Assembly: GCF_003704095.1 (NCBI RefSeq)
Contig: NW_020846727.1
Span: 248,001-312,000 of the forward strand
DNA from: Pocillopora damicornis
Lineage: Eukaryota
Direction: 5' to 3'
DNA: 64,000 nt
Made by a program: the position numbers and the translations under genes. Positions 37,983 to 50,900 of the stretch are shown piece by piece. The notes beneath the pieces are model-generated. The model was not told the DNA's origin, did no database searches, and worked only from the letters and a program-made list of their open reading frames with translations. Every line of letters begins with the position of its first letter. Positions within the stretch are counted from its first letter, which is position 1.

Positions 37983-38035
37983 ATTACCATAGCAACAGAC
38001 CGGATTTCCCATGGTAGCCATAGTTTACGTGAGAA
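37983..38035 (+). promoter_or_regulatory. Dynein promoter: RFX X-box-like motifs ATTACCATAGCAAC (37983-37996) and TTTCCCATGGTAGC (38005-38018), plus CGTGAGAA (38028-38035)
   Basis: Close matches to GTTRCCATRGYAAC, ~150 bp upstream of a probable non-coding exon donor (GAG|gtacgg, 38141); expected for a ciliary gene. Confidence 0.7.
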
Positions 38036-38915
38036 GCTAGGAAAGTTTTTAGGAAAGTTTGTAGAAAGCGTTTCTGCATTTCAGCTTCATCATGTGAAAC
38101 CAAGCTTCAAAGAGGAATTTCATCCAAAGGAGTGATACGAGGTACGGTTTTTCTTTCAAAGAGGGTTGTATTAGACTAAGATTTTCCTTCGTTTCGGTTC
38201 AAGTTGGAAACGATCACGGTAAACAAAGCTCTAGCAATCTACAAGAACAATGGGGACTGTCGCATGAAAAGAGTTACAATCGTCTGGTGCAACCTAAGAT
38301 CAGCTCAAATTTGTTGAAAATGTTTGTTAGATAAGACGCTTGAACTGTAAACACGATCTGCAGATAAACGTAGGCAAAAAATGTGATATCGCTTCATTTA
38401 ATAGCAGGTACGCGCGATTTATGAAAGCTCTTCATCTGGTTACTCAGCTGAAACTTGCATAACCGTGAAGGATCATTGAAGGATCCTGCGCAATCCAGGG
38501 CACACTCTAGTCGGGTTATCAGATATCCTGAACTCAACTTCGAGAAATATAGAAATACTGGGGGAATATACGAAATATTCGCCCTCCGAGAGGATGCAAA
38601 CAATTTTTTTGGCGCGCTTTTGTGAAAGGTTTTTTGGCAAGGAAATGCGTAACACTTTTCAAGTAAACGTTGGTTACACCAAATAAACAGAAGTTCGCGA
38701 TAGATATTGGTTGACAAAAATCCGACGGATTCAGGGGTGATATATTATTCCACTGTCATTAATATCATCCTCTAGTATTGTAACTTTTTGTTTACAAAAC
38801 ACTTCCTATGGCCTTATCTGAGTATCTTACCACGCACATTCCTTTCACGTTTTTTGACTCTGGTATGATTTTTTTCTTAATTCATCCATCATATGATTTG
38901 TTCTTGCCATCTCAG

Positions 38916-41900
38916 ATGTCCATGAGAAACGAGCAATCTCACCGCTCAAGCTCAGAGGGTAAGCTTCCTCGCCTTCCACCAATTGCAGCTCCAACTTCAC
39001 CCAGCTCAAGGTTTGACAAAAGTCATCTAAGAACACACAGAAGGAGTGAAAACATGCAAGGGCTCTTGACAAATAAATTGTAAGTGATATTGAACACAAG
39101 TCAGTAATTTTTAAACGATGAAAGAAAATCTGAGGATGGCTTTGTCGCAGGAAAACCTGTGTATGGAACTGATTTTCTAGTCAACATTGATGTCAAGGTA
39201 TAAGCTGGCTCAGTGATTATACCAAAGACGCAAGACATGTTCTTGATAAACTCTGAAGACCAAAGTGAATGATAGGCCACATGTATATTTTATCTTTTGC
39301 ATCTAACATTTTAAGGGCAAGGGTAATCCAATAATCCTTAATTACCAGCATAAACATTTAGTAAGTAGAAAACCTAATCTTAAGTGTAGGTCTGTTTAAC
39401 CTAGGTCTCTCTTACAGAAATGCTCATTTTATTTTGTCCAATCATCATGGCAAACCCTTTCCATTTTACTGGGGAAGGGTATTATTACTTAAAATCATAT
39501 TTGTATGCAGTGTGTTTTATCCACTGAGATTGTTCGGCAGAAATTTATCTTTGAGCTCCTCATGTTTGCTTTTATTTATTAGGTATGAAATAGCCTTAAA
39601 AGGCAAAGAAGATACGGAGGAAAGTCTGAAGAGAAGACCCATATCGGCTGGGGAACCTGAAATGCCTTCTCAAGTATGTTTATGTTCATTGCATGTATTG
39701 CCCTTTAAGAAAAATGTTTGACCTACATTGTATTTGCATGGTGTAAGGGGATCGAAGAACAAGGAAGCTTGCTGAAATCAAGCAAGCAATTAATTTAGGT
39801 AGTTTGAAATTCAAAAGGCCTAAAAGGCGCAATTTTGTCCATCAAACTTTATTCATGGAATATATATATTATTTTCATCACAAACCCAAAAAAAATATTT
39901 ACTGGCTGGTACCCATGTTTGTTCTAGATGAGATATTTTCATTCAACATTTTGCTTCATGAGCAATTGATTGATTTCAGAACCATCTCATGTTTTGGGTG
40001 CCAGATGAGATGTTGAATGAAAATATTAGAATGTTTAGAAAGGTGTTCAAGGTCTTATAGCAGCCAAGTCTGAGTAAGAAATCTGATTTCTGACCTCCAA
40101 AAATGGCATTTATCACCTTTGCCTTGGTGAGTCCTAACCTGACCAGAAGGTGCACCAAAGGTGGTATGTATTTAAAAAATGAGTGTACTCATATCAACTG
40201 TCATGTATTGTTTCTGTTGTAGATGATGAGCACTGAACGGCGAATACGAGTAAGTGTAGTAAGTTTTTAATGTAAGCTAGTGCAGATATCAAGGAGGTAG
40301 TACATCTTGTGCTCTTTAACCAAGAACCTCAATGCCTTGCTGGGAAACAATGACTAACAATACTAGTATAGCTTAACATACATCCCCAATTAAGCTTGCA
40401 GGCTTACAGACTTGCTGCTAGTCGAGATGGGGAGTTATGACTCAAATATGAAAGCAAATATATACGAGTTACATTCCTACAAATCTACTAATTATAGACC
40501 TGTAAATTACAAGCACTAACAGCTTAAGTTTTTGTTTAGTGGTATGAAAATACCAGGTTTTCTTATCCGTGGAGTGAGAGAGACAAATACACAAAACCTT
40601 AAAAACATGTAATCTGAGAACCTAGGATAATTTGTTCAATAGAATACATTGTAGCAAATGAAAAGTTAGGATTTTTCAAGTTCTAAGACTGATTTTCTGT
40701 TGTAGCTAAACTACCAATTCATGAAGAAGTGTGTTCAGGAAGGCCCTGTGACACCAATGGCTAATGAGTGGTGGGATACCATCTTAACTATGATTCCAGC
40801 AAAATTGGTCTTATCTCCACAACTGCAGCCACACATCAAGGAGTTATACGATGAAATCATTGCTGAGTATGACACCAGTATCAGAAAGGCAATGGGTACG
40901 TAGATATAACTGGTTGTGGTTGTCATCTTACTGTTAAAAAGTATTATAATAATTATGTAGAATAAATTTTTCTTTTTGTCCTCCAGTAGAAAATGTAACA
41001 GATGTAGTAGCATGGTCTAAACTTAAGTAAATGTTAAAAATGAATCAAAAGGAAGTCTCTGAGCTTTTGCTGATCCACACCTTACATACCATATCAAGCT
41101 TTCTCCAGCTGCTCCACAGAGTGCTTATGTACTAGAGCCAACTGCCCCATCTCTGGCATCAACTTATGCCTCTGAAGAAATATAGTGTTTCAAATCACAT
41201 GCAACCAATATAAACAATGTTACATTAGGAGCATTACATGATTCTTTCATGATCACATAATAGAACACCTCATCAATGACAATTCCCCTCTGAAAAAAAC
41301 AAATCCATGTATGCCAAAAGGGAGTTAATAAAAGCATTGAAGTCAAGATATTCTAATTATATGCACTAAAAAAGATCTTGGCAACCTACAACAGTCACTG
41401 TTCAAAGTATTATACATTTGAAAGCACAAACTTACTCTTGACTCTCAAGAAGAATTCAGTAAACTCACAGAACTTCTATTTTCATAACGTTATTTGATTG
41501 CATTACCAAAAATACAGTGGACTCAGACGATCCATTTTAATATCATCATAACTCAATGGCATCCTTTGGAAGAATGTATCTTATTCCATTTAGCTTTGTG
41601 TTATTGCAATCCCTGGAAGAATGCAATTAACTCACTTACCTTCTATTTCTGTTCAACCTGTATGTTATTTTATTTCCATAAGGTATTTATTCCTGACCAT
41701 TATAATTCTATCATTTAAAATTTTTATCTGACATGTACATGAAATTTATTTCTTAGAGGACCCTACATATACTCACACTCTCTATTATGTCACCTTTCTT
41801 CATCTACCTGGTGCTTACTAGTATTGTCTTCCACTACAGCACACCTCACCAGCTTAAATATAGCTGCATGACCAAATATTTTTTATTTCTGATGATGTCA

Positions 41901-44900
41901 TGGATTGATAGAAGCTCAAGGACTTGTTATGAATTTGGTTTTTAATTTTTACATTATTTATCAGCCTTTACATTATACAGTCAGATAGTTTTGGAGGTGA
42001 ATGTTTTTGGTGTGACCATGGTTGACTGTGAGCCATGGTCAGTAACTAAATGTGATCACAGTTAGACACCATGGTCAACATCATTGTCAACCACGTTTGA
42101 CACTGAAAAACCATGGTACCGTGGTCAACCTGATGCCAGGGTTAGGCCTCACTGGAAACTATTGCACCAATAATGCAGACCAAAATTAAACCTGAGCTGT
42201 ATTGAAACATATTTTAAACTCCTGGGCTTTGTTGTTCAAGTAAGATAATGAAAATGCTATCCAATGGATATATCCCTATCCACATGACTCATTTCAATTT
42301 ATCCTTCAGCAGTCAGGTAGAATGTAAAAGTTGCTTTCTATCTAAAATGGCAGACAGCATGGTTGTCTCGATGTGATGTAACTCAGTGCTGACAAATTAA
42401 GTCATAGACAATCAGTAAACCAGTTCTTGGAAAAAGAAATCATACACCAACACTTCATTTTCATATTTGACCAACAACTGCTAGTGGTGGTCAGTTCTCA
42501 TAATGGTAGACTTTGCCAAATTGCTGAACAAGATGCACAATTGTGAAGTCTGTTGTTGACTTTTTCGCACATTTGAAGACAACTCTCAAATGGTTTTGTT
42601 TCTATTAAAAATCCCAAAAACACCGAAGCCAGTGTTGTCTTAACTTATGTTCTTTTGAGTGCTATAGTATTGATTAATTCATATGACTTTTTGGAACAGG
42701 ATGTACTTATCCTTTAATTGGAGCGAGATACTAACTTGCCTTTTCCTTCCTGTAGTTCAACATATCCTTGTTAAACCAAAGGTAAAAGGAGTTGAAGGTG
42801 ATGAAGATTTACCAGATGAAGTCCTGTAAGTTTACAGGGTCCCTTTCTTTTATAGAGAGAAAGTTACTAAAAGACCTCTTTCATAAATGGCAAGTTAAAT
42901 TGGTATTATATATATTCATGAAAATTAACTTGTCCAGCCTCAAAAACACTGTTAAAAACTATAGTGTTTTCACTTAAAAGCGAGGCTTAAAAGGTCTTGA
43001 TGTGCATCACATCCATCATTATGAAAGAGGTCTGTTAGGGTCTGTCTCCTTATTGGTTTCTTTTGCATCAATACAGTTGCTTATACAGGTATAGATTTTG
43101 ATGCATGTTTATAATGGTAATTGAACTGAGTGGAGTGAAATTTGGTTGAAATCATATGCGTGATTTCATAATTGAATGAGTGCACAGCAAGAGTTTGATT
43201 TGAATTCACAAGTATGCTTTCAGACCAAAATTGCATGACGCAAGTTTCAATTACCACTTTATTACATCCATTTTGAAATTGTCCAAATACAGGACTTGGT
43301 CAGTTTGAAATTAAATTCATCCATTTTTTGGAGGGAAAAATAAGAGTTTGGAAACAAAAGTTCCAAAATTTGTCACATGATACTCTTTGTCTTTCATTTT
43401 CCTTCAATTTTATTGGTTACTTTAAACTAGCCTTGAAATCTGATTGGTTGTTCTGTTTTAGTGTAGTCTCCTCGTTGGCTGGGAAAAAGATAGAATTTAA
43501 AGCAAAAAGTGGTGTGATTCATGAATAAATTGCACCAATTAGAGCCAATCAGATTACTGGGACCACTAGCAATTTCAAAATGGGTGTAATAAAACACTTA
43601 ATTTCATCCATTAAATTCAAGATATATTCCTTGATAAAGATGATTTAATTTTTTTATTGGTAGTATTGATTTTTCTTCAATTTATTTACTGATTTATTTA
43701 TTTAAATGAAACTTCCATGGGGCACAAGACAGTCAGACAAGAGCGTGTCACAATTATAAGATGGTAGATGTAAGCCGAATTGAAGTGTTTGTTGCACAAA
43801 GTTATGGACATAAAGTCAATATCAAACCACTATATTGAATTCTGCTCTCTTCCAAACAATCAGGTCCTGGATCTAGATACCAGTACCACAATCTCTTTCT
43901 TTTTCCAAAAAAAGGAAACAAGTAAACTACTAAAAGGTCCAAAAAAAAATAAATGGCAACCCTGGTGTACCTAAACATGTGCCTGGACTTTAACTCCACT
44001 AACTAAACGTTTTGCACTCTATGAACAATTGTGGCTCAGTGGGCATAAGGCCAAAGTTCAACTATTAAACAGTTTCTTAAGTGTTCAAGACAGTACATAA
44101 TCACATATGCACATGTAACTGTCTCCTGTGCAAGTCATTCCGGGGCAGGACTAGTCAGGCACTTTCAAATTTGGCTCTGTACCAAGTGTTATAGTTATGA
44201 ATGCTCTGCATCATACTTCATATCCGGTGCTGACTCAGTCAGAAGAATTTTGATGTTCTAAAACTTCCTCTTGTACTCAACTCCCTTGGGTGACTTCATT
44301 ACTACCTGGTCTCCATTGTGCCCACAAACCACACAAGGCTCATATGCTGGAGACAATCTATTCTCTCTTCTTCTTCCGAGCAGAACCAAATCTCTAACAG
44401 CAATATGTCTGTCTTTAGCACAAGTTCTTGCATCAGCATACTACTTTGCTTACTGTTTCTTCGCTGCATCGTGATCCCTTGTTGCAATAGGACATCACTC
44501 TGACCTCCAGCTTCAACAAACTAAAGTGGCTTGGTAGTTAACTTCCTCTTAAAAAATAGCTCAGCCAGGCTGACATCTGTTGTCATGTGATTTGTTGACT
44601 TGTTTGTCCCTGCATTTCCTCTCTGCATCTTTGTCTATGCTGGGCTACCAAACCTTTGTTGTCAACTGTTCCTGCAATCTTCAACCTCTTTAAATCTTCT
44701 TCCCCAATCAGATTACTTACAGATCCAGAATCAGTCAAAACTTCCTGAGCAATACCATTAATACTCACATTCATCATAGGGTCACTTGAGGATGACACCC
44801 CACAAATATATTCTTCGTTATTTTCAGTCACCACGAAAGCAAAGGCAGGGTTTTCCTTACCACAACTGTTGCCCTCCAGAGGATCTTCAGCATGATTTGT

Positions 44901-47900
44901 CTGTCTTTCTGAATGCTTTTGTTGTCACTTGCTTTCTTTGAATTGGCCTCTATCCCTGTCTCAGTTACAATACCGTCATGACTTTTGTAGCAAGAAGCAA
45001 AATGGCCATACCTCAAGCACTTTTCACATTTTCTCCCTTTTGCTGGACAGTAGTGAATGCTGGCAAAATGTCCTGCCTTTCCACAATTAAAGCATGTCTT
45101 CCTCAACTGATCTTTAGGCTTTTTTCTTCCTTTTTCTATGCTGCTTTAACATCTGATCCACTGGCCATGTGCTTTACCTGCTGGCCTGCCACTTCCAAAG
45201 CTCTCACCTTCCCCAAGACTTGTGCCAAAGTGAACTTTTTAGTTTCCAATAACTTCAGATCCGTCAATTTTTCAATTAACTGATTTCGTAAATTGTCAAG
45301 AGAATCACCAAAGTTACAATGCCTATCCTGTTGATAATGGCAAATGACAAACTAGTCAACTGGTTCACCATCAGTCTTAGTGCCAATTAGTCAAAACACG
45401 TAGCACTCAAAGGGAACATTTTCTTTGCACTGAAAATGATAATCAAGCTTCCTAATACACACTGTGTATGGGTCTTGATTTCCCTCTGGTTCTGGGTCGA
45501 CAATATCTTCAAAAATATCTTGTACCTCCATTCCTGCGAGATGCAAGAGCAGCGAAGTTTTCTTTCTTGAGCTATTTATGCCTTTCCCTTCAGCACAATA
45601 CTTAACTGTGTGCTTCCACTTTCGCCATTTGGTTGCCACCTGTGAAGAAGATTCTGATAGATCCAGCAGAGTAAGAGTTCTTTCTCTCATGAAGACTATA
45701 CCCCTAAAATCTTTGTGTATCCTTGTCGCCAATGTAGTATTTGTTACACAAAGTAATTCGACAATGTAATGTAAAGTGATATAAAGTAATACAAAACTGC
45801 CACATTGTATTCTGTTCTCCTCCACACAATCAGAAGTTCCTGGAGCTAGGTACCAGTCCCAAACCAATATTGATTAGTCTAACATAGTATGATGCTACTC
45901 TGGTTTAAAGATTTAGTGAATGTAACTGAGAAGTTAAAATTCGTAGACCCAACATTTCGAGACTTCTGTCATGTGCTTTCGTCAGGGGTGATCTAATTGC
46001 TGCCAAAAGAGGTCCTTTTATATGCTTAACAATTAGCTGCCCTTTTTCTGATAAGGCATAAATAGGTGTAATATGTGGCTCTTTGGATTGGCTCTTTGTG
46101 AGTACATTTGTTTATAAACCAATAAGAATGCTCTTTAGCTCCTACTTTTGCCCTGAGTTACCCTATTTATGCACTATATTTCCTTAAAGCTGCATTTCTC
46201 TTGGGCAATCAAAATCAAGAATTTTTGTCATGTGTATCACTTATTAGAATTGAAATAATGATAAGCAACAATTATGCGAGGGTGAGAACAAACATGAAAC
46301 TCAACTGAACTGTGATACCCAGTCAGGAAAGTAAACTGGGGCCACAGCCTTGAGAGGTGAGGCCTGGGCTCTCACACTTGTACCATTCCTGAATCCCTGT
46401 ACTTCTTAACTTAGACGTATGGTTTACATAACTTACTTGGATAAGCAATTATCATTATGTCATTATAATCTATCATTACAAGGATGGTACCATGTAACCT
46501 TAAACTGAAGAACTTTCTCTAGAACTGATATGTTCTCACATATATGGCTGTTTTCAAGAATAAATTGTTCTGTTTTTTGACCCAGTGGAATTGACTATTC
46601 CAGTCCATGGAGAGAGAGCTTTAATGCTGCACGAGAATCAATTCGGCAAAATCTGCACATATTGCACCCATCAATGCAGACAATTCTGGGAATCTGTCAA
46701 AGCAAGAATTACTCAACCATGTTGATAACTGATCAGTCCAATCTGAGGTTAGTCATATTATTTGTTTTATGTGCATCGATATCCACCTGTTATGAAGAGT
46801 TGAACATACTTTCTGTAGATTTTCATCACCTAGGCCATCCTTCAGCCTTGTGTTGTGCACATTTTTATAGTTCCTTACGGTAGAGGTGCCTTGTTTCAAT
46901 TGGTATTTTCAAATTGTATAGATAAAGAGTGTGCTGAAGATGGCCAATTGAAAGATTTAAGATGGAGCCTTGGCAAGGCCATTGTATTGTTCCATTACCT
47001 TAGACATTACATACACACACAGAGCCTCTCTACAGGCAGGATTATGATGGGGTGTTGGCATACTAACTAGCAAAACTGAGGAAATGGAGTAGGGGCAGTG
47101 TTGTTGTAATGGCATACATTTTGTCCAATGAGGGGGGGGGGTGTTCAATTCTCTTAGTTGCATCATGCTGCTGACACCAGGTTAAGTCCTGGTAATATTT
47201 GCCTTTTGGCTCGTTAGCTAACTGAACTTTGTATCACCTTACAAGGCTGTATGGAGGATGTCTTTTTCTTTGCAGAACTCAAGGCTCTATTGAATGTGAG
47301 CACCTTAAAAATAATGTAACACTTGATTGCGAGAAGACTGAAGAAAAGCTTATGCACAGGTAGAGTAGAACTTTAGTAGAACTTTCTAAGAAGTTAGTAG
47401 AACTTTCTAAGATCTTGAAAATTGATTCAAGTTTTGATTTTTTCAGATCTCTCGTGCTCATTTTCTATCCTATTTGAGATGAAATAACAAAGCGTTAATA
47501 TTTACATGTGTTATATATTTAAGAGTGGAGATCATGCCTCTCAAGCTCTTGATGTCTGATTCATATAAATACAAAATCCAAGCTAAGGATACTTTGTTAA
47601 TGAGGTTTGACAAAGGCAAACTTAAGTTTAAGGAGTGGGTATAGACTATTCAGTTCTCACCATAGAACAGATACAGGTTTAATTACCTCTGTAGGAGTGT
47701 AGGAGAATTGTCATTTTGCGTTCTTTCTAACAGCTGCTGATATGACTTTGGACATTGACCAATTTTTTGCTGTAATATATGAATTTTTTTCTTTGCAATC
47801 AGTTGGTTCCCAGAAGTGGTGAATGTTTTTATTGACAAAGATATGCTGAAGCACATGAGCTCTTCACAAGTTGATGCCTTTTACAACTGTGTCTCTACAC

Positions 47901-50900
47901 TTATTTCTAACCAGGTATTGGAGAGGGTATCATTATATACTTCAAACTTTGATCTATCTTTTTCATATGAATTTAGAGAAAACTAGATTTTATTTTCAAA
48001 CAAATTGTGCATGATTTTCGTAGTTGAAGGATCTGATAAACAGAACCATAACTGCATGGACAGATCTGTTTCACAAAGACAAAAGTTGCCTTCCACTTTT
48101 CAAGATGGAATTGATCTTGGATGATGATGACCACATGCAATTCTATCCTGCACTTGGTGATGTGGAGGCAGCAGTATTACATGTTATATCCACAGTTGCT
48201 GGAACCATGCAACATGTTCCCACAGTACAGGTAAATCTTTAAAGAAATTCCTGATGAATTGTAGTTTGCTTATGCTTTCTTTTCCAGAAAAAACAAACAA
48301 ACAAACAAACAAAAAAAAAAACACAGGAACAATTATGTAAACTGCTATCTTGGAGGGAGAATTGGTGATGATGAAATGCTTTTTTTTTTTTGGATCCTTT
48401 TTCTAAATACTTTAACAGCTGGCTCACGCTGGCTTAAAGATGTGCGATTTTTCATTTATTTAGCTGACTGAAAAGGAATTTGTGGATGGGATCGACTTTC
48501 ACACAGACTATTGTGAAAACACTACAAAGGAAAATTAGAATTTACTTGAAACGATTAGACCAGTGTTGGTGCTTCTTATGTTCTTTGGTGACACATTCTG
48601 GTGCAGCACATTAAAGGGAATGGTCAGTGAGGGTAGCTTAAGGATGAAGTGTAGATGACTGAGTTACAGTTACAGTATTATAACCATGAGTAGAGAATGT
48701 GTCCTGTCTAACTTGTTGGAGAAATACCCAGTTATCTTTATTACTTTGTATGCAACATAGGTCACTCACTCACTTATTGTGAAGAAGTTCAGGTAGTGCA
48801 TATGGTTACCATAGCAAAGTGGTTTTTGGTACCTTAAGGTACATAATTATTTAAGGCTTGTCAAGAAATAGGCTTGTTTGATATTCTTTATTTGAATTAT
48901 TTATGACGAAAATTGACTGTTGATTAATTCATCATTTAATTTATTTAAACAGTTTCACTTTAGTCAAAGTTGTAATAATTCTAATGACCGCACTTTCAAT
49001 CTGTTGTGCAGTCCTGGTTGGCAGGGGGAAACACAGTAACTCATGTGGATGCTGCTGTTGATAATGATGTTCTGTTGAGGTGCACTAAGTTCCTAAAGGA
49101 TGCTGTGAACTTTAACTTACAGCAACCTATAGAGTACCTGCATTCCTTTGGTAAGTAACGAGCAAAGTCATCTTTATTAAAGTGAGTTAAGTATAACGAA
49201 ATGTTTGTACCACCTTGGCAGGGGGATTGGGCACAATAAAGATAACAGATGTGATGTCTCTGCGAGTAATAATATGTTATCTAAGTAGCTTCCCCCATCA
49301 TGTGGTTTGTAGCTAGGAGTGGCATAAACTGGATTCAAAAGCTTACTTCTGACTAATGGTGCCTGGGCTAAATCATAAAACTTGAAACGGATATCCTTTA
49401 AGTATCAGTAAAAAAAACTTACTCAGATATTCAAGCTTTTAGGTGAATCTTATAAGATCCAAGTTTTTCCAGTCAGGTGGGGACCAAAGAACTGTATTAT
49501 CCATAAAAATGTGCTGTCTCAACTTATGACCTCTTTACCCAAGCACTTTCTTGGTTAATTTGTTTCTTCTGCCTTTTCCCTTTGAGTAAGAAATTCCTTT
49601 AAACTTATGGACTCCTTTTGCCACATTGAGTATTATAGATGACAGGAGCCTTAGGTGAATAGGGCTCAGTAAAATGGTGAGCCATGTTGTTAAGTTGTTC
49701 TTCAGTAGAGTTGTCATGAAGGCATCATCTAAATCAATCTCAAAAGCCTTTTTCTGTGTCAAGGTCGCTAGTCTTGGGTGATCTTGAAATGTAGGTGTAA
49801 ATGAAGTGGAATGGTGGAGGAGTAATCTGATGGAAAAAGCAAAAAAACTCACTCTTTTACTTACCTAAGGGACCTTTTTAGATGCCAAATTTTTTCAGTG
49901 TTGGGGTGCTTTATGCTTGCTTCCTTGCATGACCTATGACGTTACTCAATTGAAACATGAAATAAATGATGTCAAAACTACCTATGCATCATTAACAACA
50001 GCTAAGAATCATTTGTATTAGAGGAATACTTGGGCAAACCATAGGCTTTAATTTGGCTCTTAAGTACAATGTACTTGTGTTGAATTTGCAGATAAGTATA
50101 GTGCTCTGGTCAGTGGGGAATCCTCAGCTCGTGTCAAGCAGTTCATTTCATCTGAAAACTCCTTTGAAAATTACATACAGGTAATCAGTAACTGTCCTTT
50201 GCATGTTAAACAGTGAAGTTGAACTAAACTATCATCTGTAGGCAAGTCTTTTTTTGGTTCTTTTTGTGATCGTTCATGGAGTGTGTTCCCAAATTTATCC
50301 CAACAACCCTTGGTATATCCCTGGAAGGCCTTTTCCAATTATCCTCAAAGCCTTCAAAAACACTCAAGATGGAAAATGTTGTGAGACCTTACATGATGTG
50401 AGTAGTACTCTTTGAATTATTGTTATTGGCACTGTTCATCTGCTATATGGGTTCTCATATCAGTTGCCTTTTCTTGTATTTGAGCGATGTTTAGTTTTCT
50501 TGCCACTCTTTTTACATTAGGGAATTCAAACAGCTATCACTTTGCAGTGAAGCTAGAGATTGAGTGTCATTCCTATTTGCATCATTATAGATTCTTTTGT
50601 TGCTATGAAAAAGTTGGCTGCTGTTGATTTAGCTCAAACAATTATTCACGTTTGTTTGAACAGCTAAATGTCTTGTATTTTGATGGAGCTCTCCAATGCC
50701 TGATTGAAACATCTCTAATCCTAACACTGATGATCAGAATATGAAAAGAGGAAATCAAAATGAACCAACAAGCATTTGTAGAAACATAATATGAGGGATG
50801 CATTAGCATTTATTGGCTTATTGACAGCTTGTCTTTTCTGGATGTTTCTTCAAAATTTTGCCCTATATAGCAATGCACATTGGCAACAGCAATGCTAATC

